From Phycisphaerales bacterium (GTDB lineage Bacteria > Planctomycetota > Phycisphaerae > Phycisphaerales > SM1A02): a stretch of 64,000 nt of DNA. Under the pieces are notes generated by a model. It did no database searches and had not been told where the DNA came from. It saw only the letters and a program-made list of their open reading frames with translations. The DNA is taken from NCBI GenBank assembly GCA_036475395.1, contig JAZFYE010000126.1, forward strand, positions 6,850 to 70,849, written 5' to 3'. Both the position numbers and the translations under genes were made by a program. Numbering within the stretch: position 1 is the stretch's first letter; every line of letters begins with the position of its first letter. Shown here one piece after another: positions 36,116 to 43,952 of the stretch.

Positions 36116-37494
36116 TGGCCCGCTCCTCCAGGCTCAACGGTCATGTAGAGCGTGAGCTTCTCCTCCGCCACCTCCGAGTTGGGCCACTGGGCCGTGATCG
36201 CCCGGTCCTGCTGGACTCGCTCCCAAGTTCGAGGGCTATCATCGCGGGCCAGGCGAAAATAGCTGAGTCCGACTTCGGAGGGAAGCTGGAGCGGCGGATG
36301 ACGCTCCTCGATGAGCGCCACGCCGTGGATTGCCCTGCCCGTCATCGATTCGGGCATGAGTTTGAATTTGTCGGCATCCTGGACCAACTCGGCCAACCCG
36401 CCCGGATCTTGCTTTGAGCGGATGCCGAGGAAATAGGCGATGGGACGCGTCACTTGTTCGTCGGTCAGCCGGGCGATGAAAACGCTAGCCTCTCGCACGA
36501 AATCAACCTTCAAGATCGAGGGCGGCTCAACAGGAACGAGCTCTCGCCGTATACGCTCGGCCAGATCGGCAAAGACGTTCGACGGCTCGTCGTGATCATA
36601 GCTCGGAACGTCAAGCATCTCCGGTCGCGGCTGCAAAGCTGACAACTCACCCAAGAGGCCTCTCCATTCCAGGCAAAGCTGAAAAGGTGTCGTCGCGTCC
36701 GATTCCACGAGATGATTCAACCTGGCGCCGTATCGACTGAGCGTCTGCAGGCGGAGCAGCTGACCGAATTGCGCGCCGCGCATCGTCTCCATGTTGAAGC
36801 CGGATTGAATCATTCTGTCGACGGCAACTCTCCGGCTAGCGTCAACGGCGTTGGCGATGTCTCGCGCCATCTTGGTCAACGCGCTGCTCCCATGAATCAC
36901 GAAACATGGAGGAATGAACTCGGGGTCAATGAGCGGAAGACCGACTTGCTCTCCCGTCCCGTGAAGCACCCGCAGGAGCGGCAGGACTTCCAGATCAGTC
37001 TGGTCGTCGCCATCCAGCAGGAGCCGGGCGTTGATGTGCCTGATTCGGATCGGCAGTGGGTTCTCGCCGGTGTTCTCGTCGGCGGCCTCGCATTCGGAGA
37101 CGCGATAGATGCGCTTTGCGCGCGCATCCGCACCACCATTGCTCTCAATCGCATTCGCCCTCTGGGCGTACCAATACGGCACACCGAGGGACACGTTCAG
37201 CGGCCCATCGCTCGCTTCGAAGGCCTTGGAAATGTCGAAAGGAGGTAGCGCGGCATTACCAGGGACATCGACGAGCACTCCGCTCGGCATTATCGCGCGC
37301 AATCGATCAAATCGCACGAGCATATTCCGAAGCTCGTCGTGCGAGATCTGCACCTCTATGACACCGTAGGGGTAGGCCCGAAGGAGTCGGCGCTCCTGCA
37401 CGACCCTGCTGATGGTCTGCTGCTGCAGAAGCTGCAAGTGGTGCGGCTGCAAAAACAGCCCTTCTTCCCAATGAATGTCGCCAAGGATTGCCAT
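36112..37494 (-). CDS. tssK: T6SS baseplate protein TssK
   Basis: MAILGDIHWEEGLFLQPHHLQLLQQ is the hallmark TssK N-terminus. 460 aa. Confidence 0.9.
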   Translation of the reverse strand: MAILGDIHWEEGLFLQPHHLQLLQQQTISRVVQERRLLRAYPYGVIEVQISHDELRNMLVRFDRLRAIMPSGVLVDVPGNAALPPFDISKAFEASDGPLNVSLGVPYWYAQRANAIESNGGADARAKRIYRVSECEAADENTGENPLPIRIRHINARLLLDGDDQTDLEVLPLLRVLHGTGEQVGLPLIDPEFIPPCFVIHGSSALTKMARDIANAVDASRRVAVDRMIQSGFNMETMRGAQFGQLLRLQTLSRYGARLNHLVESDATTPFQLCLEWRGLLGELSALQPRPEMLDVPSYDHDEPSNVFADLAERIRRELVPVEPPSILKVDFVREASVFIARLTDEQVTRPIAYFLGIRSKQDPGGLAELVQDADKFKLMPESMTGRAIHGVALIEERHPPLQLPSEVGLSYFRLARDDSPRTWERVQQDRAITAQWPNSEVAEEKLTLYMTVEPGGAGQ

Positions 37495-37507
37495 CACTTC
37501 GTTCGTC

Positions 37508-38455
37508 CTAGGTCACCGGCCGGTTTCGCTCCAAGAGTTCAGTCGCTGTCGCCCCTACCGCCTGAAGAATCTCCCGCTCGATGGAATCCGGATCGAGCGC
37601 TCCGCCAGCGAGTTCCTCAAACTTACGCCAGCGCTTGGCCTCCTTGCTCCCCGCGAGGAATCCACCTCCCTCGACTTCAACGAGGCGCGAGATGGCCTCG
37701 ATAGAGAACGTATCACAATGCGTGCGCGCGAACGTTCCGGCACCACCTCGAATGCCGCCGATCAGCGCGGCTACCAGCTGGCTAAGACGCTCGAGGTCCC
37801 GAGAGACCATGGTGGGATCGACATCCTGGGCGCCAGCCACGAATCGCGTCAGCCGATGCTCAAACTCGCTTCCGCCCCCTCTGATTTTCGAACGGTGATC
37901 GATCTCGCGCCACGTTGTCCAGACGACCTTGTTCATGCCCTTGACACACTTGGCGAGCACGGCCAGCAACTCGAGTGCTCTCGATACATCGATCTGGTGT
38001 TGGTCATCAAGCTGGAACTCAGTGCGGGTCGCCTTGGTGATTGCCTCCTGCCACCCAGGATCCGGGCGGTTGTATGCCAAGCCAGCGGCAGCCAAGCGGT
38101 CGCGGATGACTTGCCGAACCTCCTCGCTCAAGGTCGCCGCAAGATCCGAGAGGCGGGAGACGAGGAAGCTCCAGTCGTTCAGATCTTTCTCGTCCGCGGC
38201 CGAACGAAGCGCTCCCTGCTCCGACGGCCGCGACACATCGACCTGCGTGTCCCATGCGGGGAAGCGTTGCCGCAACTGTTCGAGATACTCCGCACGCTGC
38301 CCCGGCGGAACCGAGCCCAGTTGTCGCTTGACTTCTTCGGCCAGGTACGACTCGCGTACCTCCTCAGCCTCTTCGATCAGGTCAAGTTGGATCAACCGCA
38401 ACCGATTCGCCGACGCATCGATCTCTCGCATCGATCCACGTCCGGTGTTCGCCAT
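37508..38455 (-). CDS. hypothetical T6SS-locus protein immediately upstream of tssK
   Basis: 315 aa from ATG 38455 (GAGAGGA 7 nt upstream); the track ORF starts at ATG 38479. Helical, charged composition. No recognised family. Confidence 0.6.
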   Translation of the reverse strand: MANTGRGSMREIDASANRLRLIQLDLIEEAEEVRESYLAEEVKRQLGSVPPGQRAEYLEQLRQRFPAWDTQVDVSRPSEQGALRSAADEKDLNDWSFLVSRLSDLAATLSEEVRQVIRDRLAAAGLAYNRPDPGWQEAITKATRTEFQLDDQHQIDVSRALELLAVLAKCVKGMNKVVWTTWREIDHRSKIRGGGSEFEHRLTRFVAGAQDVDPTMVSRDLERLSQLVAALIGGIRGGAGTFARTHCDTFSIEAISRLVEVEGGGFLAGSKEAKRWRKFEELAGGALDPDSIEREILQAVGATATELLERNRPVT

Positions 38456-38685
38456 CCTGATTCCTCTCGCGACTCCCATCTGTCGGACACTGGATTATAC
38501 GACATTCGCCGCCGAACGAGTAGCTGCATCCGGCCCGGCCAGCCTCCACAACGGTGTTTCGGGTTATGACGGTCATGCCGGATACCCCACCTGCACCAGC
38601 CGTAGCGGCGACATCCCGGCTTCAGTGTACCGCGTGGCCGGCCGATCCTCATTGGCCACAGGACCCCGGATCTGGAGGAGCTCCG

Positions 38686-38967
38686 ATGTTTGAGCCTCGC
38701 TCGCAAAGTCGTCTGATTGCGGTACTGGTCGGTCTCGCACTTGGAGGCTGCGCGTACCAACGTGCGGAGCCCATCGCCACCGGCCCGTGGGCGGAGATTT
38801 CGGCGGAGACGGCGGCAACGCCAGTTGCCTCGCCTCCCCGCATCGCGTATCTGGGAGCCGGCGACAGCTTTGGGCAGACGCTCTACCGGCAATACCTCGC
38901 CAGCCTCCAGGACGCTGATCACGCTGTTGCCGAAGCCTCAGCCTCCGGACAGCCCTCCCCCGACTAG
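38686..38967 (+). CDS. small putative lipoprotein on the opposite strand to the surrounding T6SS genes
   Basis: MFEPRSQSRLIAVLVGLALGGCAYQ has a signal peptide plus lipobox L-G-G-C. GGAGGAG lies 5 nt upstream of ATG 38686. It occupies an otherwise empty 510-nt gap. Confidence 0.5.
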   Translation: MFEPRSQSRLIAVLVGLALGGCAYQRAEPIATGPWAEISAETAATPVASPPRIAYLGAGDSFGQTLYRQYLASLQDADHAVAEASASGQPSPD

Positions 38968-38988
38968 CAAGCCCAACCCCCAACCGCG

Positions 38989-41900
38989 TCAGGAGCCGTC
39001 CGAGCTGCCTTGGGGCGGATCGGTCGTGTCTGCGGCCAAAACGAACGGTGGGGTCGGATCCATCAACTCTGCAAGCCGTCTTTCCCAACTCTTTTTGAGC
39101 GGCCCGGCCGTAAACGCGAGCCGGAAACCGACGTCGGAGCGGCCAATCTCCTGGTCTGGTCGCTGAATCTGCTGCGCTTCCATCACCCGAACCTTTACCC
39201 AATCGGAGAGGGCCGAGCCTCCAATGACCTGCAAGGGAAGGTTCTCTCTTTGGTCGCGCAGTGAGATGCGAATCTCGTCGAGAGAACGAAACTCTCTTTT
39301 AAGAATCGAACTGTGGTCTCGCCACACGAATTCCGCCACGTTGCCGATGATGTTTCGGAACCGACCACCGTCTTGAGACGTCGCATCTTGAGACGTCCGT
39401 CGGAACCACAGCGTTTCGTCATCCCACTCCACTCCCTGGCCTTCCTCTGGATTGCGCGGGGAGCCAAACCACTCCGGCAAACTAAGGCTGCGGCGTCGCG
39501 GGCCCGGTGGAATCGTCCCCCTCAGGCCAGCGAGGTAGTCCCGCTGCCTCCGCCAGGTCTCGTCCCGGAGATTCGGGAGCTCTTCATCAAGGGCGGAGAA
39601 TTCAACGGCCCTCCTCCACTTCTCTTCCGGCGATGGTCCAGTGAGGATCTTCTGCACATCCACAGGCCCCACGGCCTGCTCCCACTCCTTAACGGTAGGG
39701 AGGCGGCAATCGATGAGTCGAGCCACGTAGATCGCCGCCGCGGGTGTTATCTGTTGGATTGGATGAACATCGGCGGGCGTATCCACGTCCACGCTGACTC
39801 CGTAGTAGTCGGGCTCGGCGTCCGGCATCCACTTTTTCGTGAAAATGATGCCCCTCGGTGAGGACACCCCGTCCCACTTCCACGCCACAGGACCGGGTGG
39901 GTTACCGCCCGGGATCGCCTCTGCTAGGCCTTCCCAAATTAAACTTCCCCAAGGTAGGCCATTCATCAGAGCGTTGTCCGTACGATGGGTGACCAGGTCC
40001 CAGAACAGCCCAACAGAAACTTCATCGATCGAGAGGTACGTGACTGGGCCTTCATCGCCCGACCGGACTTGTCTGAACGTGAGCCGGTGATCAGGACGGC
40101 GAGGCCGCTGATCAAAACGGGGAGCAGAACCCCTCCAGATGTACGAGAGGATCCCGTTCTCCAGATCGCTTTGCTGCTCATCGTAATCCCAGCGGACAAA
40201 GGTACCTTTGAAACCGGGCACCCCTCCACCCCCCCCCGACGAATATGTGAAGACAGGGCCGATCTCGCGCGGATTCGGTCCAGTCTTCTCGTCGTCGCGA
40301 AGATCGATGAAGTCATCAAGGACACCACGGGCATTTGCTCGCAGATCCGGCTGGTCTCTTGCACCATCGATGAACTCCTCGATTTTCTTTCTTTGCTGCT
40401 GTTCGTCTTCGGCTTTGGCATCGGTCTCGTGCCATTGCTTTAGCTCTTCGAGGGCGATGTTGAAGGTGAGCCGCGCATCGAGCCTCTCGTCGTCGATGTG
40501 AAACGTTCCGCGCTGCGCCAAGAGCGGAGGATAGTCGTCGCGCTCGGTCAACTCTTGCTCGCGTGCAAGCCAGCGGTTGGCGACCTCCCCCTTGAGAACT
40601 CCTTGCCGGACCGCTGATTGGAGACCGCCGATCACCTCATTGACGACCCCAAGCAGCTCGATCTCTGCCTCGGGCATCTTCGGCTCAGGTTTCACGAGTT
40701 CGCAGTGCTTTCGCCAGGCGGCAACCGTAAACGCCGGATCTTCCACGCGTCGGTCGAGCACGATGTCGATCTCGGCTTGAAGTCCATCGAACGTCACGTT
40801 CTCAACGCGCTTGATCCGATCAATTCGATCGCGGACCTCCTCGACGATCGGCTGCATATTCTCGTACTCTTCACCAGTCCAGTTGGCGTGGAGTCGTGCG
40901 ATCGTGTCGGGGTCGTCCGCGCCGAGGAATCCCTCATACACACCGAACGCATCATCAAGTCGATCACCGATGCGAACGTAGTCGTTCAACAAGTCCTTTC
41001 GCTTGGCAAGCCATTTGTTGAAGTCCTCTTCCTCCCATAAGTCCAGTGTCTCGCCGATTGACCTCCAATCACCACCATCACGGTCGGGTTCGGAGATCTC
41101 GTCCGCGATCTGTTTCAAGCCTTCCTGCCTGTAGCGTTGCACGACAGGGCTGAAGGTGGCCTGCCAGGGAATCCCGGACAGGTCCACGGGCGTCCCGAGC
41201 GTGTTCTCGATTGCTAAGAGAGCTTGCCTGTGTAGATCAACATCGTCCCGTGCGCTCTTGATTTCGCTCCTGAGCGTTCCATATTTGTCACTGTTTGGAT
41301 CAAGCCCTTGCGACCGTGACTCAAATTCCTCAAGCTTATCTTTCCAACGTTGGCGCAGGGCCTCCTGCAGGAAGTCCACCCCCAGTCCTGGCGAGTGAAT
41401 GCTCGGCCTTAGCAGCACGATCAAGGTCTCTACCCTCTCGACCCAGCCCTTGAAAGCGAGCCCAAGGACCATGTTTTTCTCCACCCATTTCTCGAGTCGA
41501 TCAATGTAATCATCTAGGGGACCCTCTACCGAGGTCAGGAGGCCAAGAAGATCCTCGCTCATTGTTTCGGTGCGTTGCTCCGCTTCTTTCCTATTCTCAT
41601 CGTCGACATCACCATCATCGATCATCCGCTTCCGATCGGCGAGCGCAGCGGGCTGGCCTTCGAGCTTCGCGAGCGCGCTCCGAAGATCCTGCAGGTTCTC
41701 GATTACTTTGTTCTCGAGATCCGGGTCGTCGGCAAGGGCGATGATCGCCCCATCATTCGGCTGGGGCTCGCCGAGTTCGCGGGAAACTGCCTTGAATGCG
41801 TCCCGCAAGCCGGTGAGCTCATCATCAATGTCTTCAAAGAGGCCGCTCTCGGCAAAGTCGGCAGCCGTGTCCCACGCGGTTTTGACCTCCTCCCACTTGG

Positions 41901-43275
41901 TGTCCGCGAGCGGCTCAGGGAAAGTTGCATTATGTACAAGCCCGTCCAAGATGCCCGCGGCTTGTTCCCACTTGATATCCCTGTACCTACGAGTTTGCTG
42001 GACCAGCGCTTCCGGTCTCCATACGATCAAGGTTTGTTTGATCTCGTTGACCGCTGTCAGCGCATCGGTCACTATCCCTTCGGTGCGAATTTCTCTGAAT
42101 TTGTTCGCGATGCCCTCGGCTCCGGTGTTCACGTTCTCACAGAGCAGCGAGATGTCGCCGTTATAGTTGAAAGGCTCACCACTGATCGCGTCGGCAAGGC
42201 TCTCGATAGGCGGCCAAAGATGATCGATCGTTTCGCGCAATCCGGCGAACTCGGAGAGGGCCGTGCTGTCGGAACTGAATGCGCTCTCATCGACAACGAT
42301 GCGTTTCACCTGTTGTAACCATCCCGGTTTTTCTTCCGCATCCGTACCTATGCCTATCTTGTCCGTGCCGAGAGCGTCACACACCTGGCACAGCTGTTCT
42401 TCGAGCGTCAAGCCGGGGAGTGGCGGAGGTTTGAGCCAGAGCGGGTATACGAGTATCGCGACAGCCGCGAGCAGAGCGATACCGCCGAGGGCGGCCGCCC
42501 AGCGCCATGCCCCGGCGGCGGCGCGGGGGCGAAGACGCTCGAGGCGATCGACGAGTTCCTCGAGCGAAAGCGGCTCGCCCGCATCGGGCGGGGCAAGCAG
42601 CGCGTTGCACAGCTCACACCATTGGCCCGCATGCAGGCCAATTGCCAGCCACGTCTTGTCGGGCTCAATCGGCCACGCGGCCGGCCCTGGGTACCGCCCG
42701 TGGGTGATGAGCCCGTACAGGAGTTCGCCCAGGGCGTGCCGATCGAAGGCGGCGTCACGGTCGTGATCGATCCGAGAGGTGGGAAGCGGGTCCGATAAGA
42801 CCGCCCGGGCTGAACCGCCGCGGCGACCCATCCTGATGAGCACATTCGTTAGCTTGAGGTTCCCGTGTGGTCGGCCGGCCGCACGCTGAAGTTCCAGGAG
42901 TCCCTTGGCGGCGCCGCTCAGGACGTCGAACAGGTTGGACTCACTGAGCTTCGCTCTGCCGTGAATCAGCTGGCTAGCGTGGACATCGAAGCGGTCTGTG
43001 ACATAGAAGGCGGTGTCGGCAAGCTTGCCGAGCTCATGCACCGGAGCCCAATGCGCTCCCGTGATGGAGGCGACGGCGCGCTGCGCCTCGGCCTGTTCAA
43101 GGAAAAGCTGAAGCTGCCGCTCCGCGTCCTCATCGGTCGCAAACGCGAACGGCCGGAAGACCTTGACAACGTAGTCGTCTCCACCGGTGCGGTCGACCCG
43201 ACGCGCCGTTTCTATGGTCGCAACGGCGCCGCGCGACAGAACACGAACGGTCTCGAATTGACCGTAGACGGGCAT
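38989..43275 (-). CDS. PpkA-like membrane Ser/Thr kinase-fold protein (predicted pseudokinase) with a ~1150-aa periplasmic region ending in an FGE-sulfatase-like domain
   Basis: Kinase-fold landmarks are YVVKVF (VAIK-like), HGNLKLTNVLI (in place of HRDLKPxN), VLSDP (DFG position) and HALGELLYGLITH. TM segment WRWAAALGGIALLAAVAILVYPLWL. C-terminal motifs IGNVAEFVW, VIGGSALS and SDVGFRLAF resemble the FGE-sulfatase motifs GNVWEW / RGGSW / GFR. Confidence 0.85.
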   Translation of the reverse strand: MPVYGQFETVRVLSRGAVATIETARRVDRTGGDDYVVKVFRPFAFATDEDAERQLQLFLEQAEAQRAVASITGAHWAPVHELGKLADTAFYVTDRFDVHASQLIHGRAKLSESNLFDVLSGAAKGLLELQRAAGRPHGNLKLTNVLIRMGRRGGSARAVLSDPLPTSRIDHDRDAAFDRHALGELLYGLITHGRYPGPAAWPIEPDKTWLAIGLHAGQWCELCNALLAPPDAGEPLSLEELVDRLERLRPRAAAGAWRWAAALGGIALLAAVAILVYPLWLKPPPLPGLTLEEQLCQVCDALGTDKIGIGTDAEEKPGWLQQVKRIVVDESAFSSDSTALSEFAGLRETIDHLWPPIESLADAISGEPFNYNGDISLLCENVNTGAEGIANKFREIRTEGIVTDALTAVNEIKQTLIVWRPEALVQQTRRYRDIKWEQAAGILDGLVHNATFPEPLADTKWEEVKTAWDTAADFAESGLFEDIDDELTGLRDAFKAVSRELGEPQPNDGAIIALADDPDLENKVIENLQDLRSALAKLEGQPAALADRKRMIDDGDVDDENRKEAEQRTETMSEDLLGLLTSVEGPLDDYIDRLEKWVEKNMVLGLAFKGWVERVETLIVLLRPSIHSPGLGVDFLQEALRQRWKDKLEEFESRSQGLDPNSDKYGTLRSEIKSARDDVDLHRQALLAIENTLGTPVDLSGIPWQATFSPVVQRYRQEGLKQIADEISEPDRDGGDWRSIGETLDLWEEEDFNKWLAKRKDLLNDYVRIGDRLDDAFGVYEGFLGADDPDTIARLHANWTGEEYENMQPIVEEVRDRIDRIKRVENVTFDGLQAEIDIVLDRRVEDPAFTVAAWRKHCELVKPEPKMPEAEIELLGVVNEVIGGLQSAVRQGVLKGEVANRWLAREQELTERDDYPPLLAQRGTFHIDDERLDARLTFNIALEELKQWHETDAKAEDEQQQRKKIEEFIDGARDQPDLRANARGVLDDFIDLRDDEKTGPNPREIGPVFTYSSGGGGGVPGFKGTFVRWDYDEQQSDLENGILSYIWRGSAPRFDQRPRRPDHRLTFRQVRSGDEGPVTYLSIDEVSVGLFWDLVTHRTDNALMNGLPWGSLIWEGLAEAIPGGNPPGPVAWKWDGVSSPRGIIFTKKWMPDAEPDYYGVSVDVDTPADVHPIQQITPAAAIYVARLIDCRLPTVKEWEQAVGPVDVQKILTGPSPEEKWRRAVEFSALDEELPNLRDETWRRQRDYLAGLRGTIPPGPRRRSLSLPEWFGSPRNPEEGQGVEWDDETLWFRRTSQDATSQDGGRFRNIIGNVAEFVWRDHSSILKREFRSLDEIRISLRDQRENLPLQVIGGSALSDWVKVRVMEAQQIQRPDQEIGRSDVGFRLAFTAGPLKKSWERRLAELMDPTPPFVLAADTTDPPQGSSDGS

Positions 43276-43313
43276 GAATCGGGGTCTGCGTTCGGTACTA
43301 CCCAGCGCCGCAA

Positions 43314-43847
43314 TTAGTCCGGCGCTCGCGGAGGCGGATTAACCGTGATCTGACTCGGCATAATAGAGATCATCACACGCTGCCGGCGAACGTACGAGCA
43401 TGAGTCAATTGGGAGTTGCTTGAGCACCTGGCTGTCACCGGTCAGACCCTCCACGGCCACGCCCTGGGCGTAGATGAACAGGTGCATCGCTCCCGACTTT
43501 TCCCACGTCTCCCAGATCGGATCGTTCGCGGATACCCAAATCGGGCCAAGTTGTCCATTGGGCGTGAACTCCGCGATTCTGCGGATCAACCCCAGATCAT
43601 CAGCGTTCACGCGCAGATGATAGTTCGGCTCCCAATATTTTCCCGGCGGGTCTTGGGTCCATTTGTCCCGCTCCCCCTCTTTCACGCCAACCAGATGCAC
43701 CTCCACGCCCCTGTTCTGAAGTTTCTCATGGCGCTCGATCCCAAGGTTCAACTTTACCATCCTAGGCTTCGACTGGCATCCGATTGCCGAGGCGACCATC
43801 AGGGCAAGCATCAACACTCCAAAGCAACGTTCGATTGACCTGAGCAT
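43314..43847 (-). CDS. outer-membrane lipoprotein, candidate TssJ
   Basis: MLRSIERCFGVLMLALMVASAIGCQSK has a lipobox A-I-G-C. 177 aa, the typical TssJ size. AAGGAG RBS. It is the only lipoprotein co-directional with tssK/L/M. Similarity to SciN-type TssJ is weak (VEVHLVGVKE, HLFIYAQGV). Confidence 0.55.
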   Translation of the reverse strand: MLRSIERCFGVLMLALMVASAIGCQSKPRMVKLNLGIERHEKLQNRGVEVHLVGVKEGERDKWTQDPPGKYWEPNYHLRVNADDLGLIRRIAEFTPNGQLGPIWVSANDPIWETWEKSGAMHLFIYAQGVAVEGLTGDSQVLKQLPIDSCSYVRRQRVMISIMPSQITVNPPPRAPD

Positions 43848-43952
43848 CGATCCACTCCTTCGTCGTTGTGCGCCTCCGGGACGGGTCCGAGCCTGCCTTG
43901 AGACCCAGGTCGCGGCTGCGCGTGTTAGGCTCTCCAGACCAATGCACGAGAT

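Noticed and set aside
38392-39202. Minus-strand ORFs (176 and 209 aa) filling the gap between the kinase-like gene and the 315-aa gene
   Set aside because: Their composition is extremely Arg/Gly/Pro-rich and they overlap the end of the kinase gene. The plus-strand lipoprotein ORF, with its strong RBS, is the more credible occupant.
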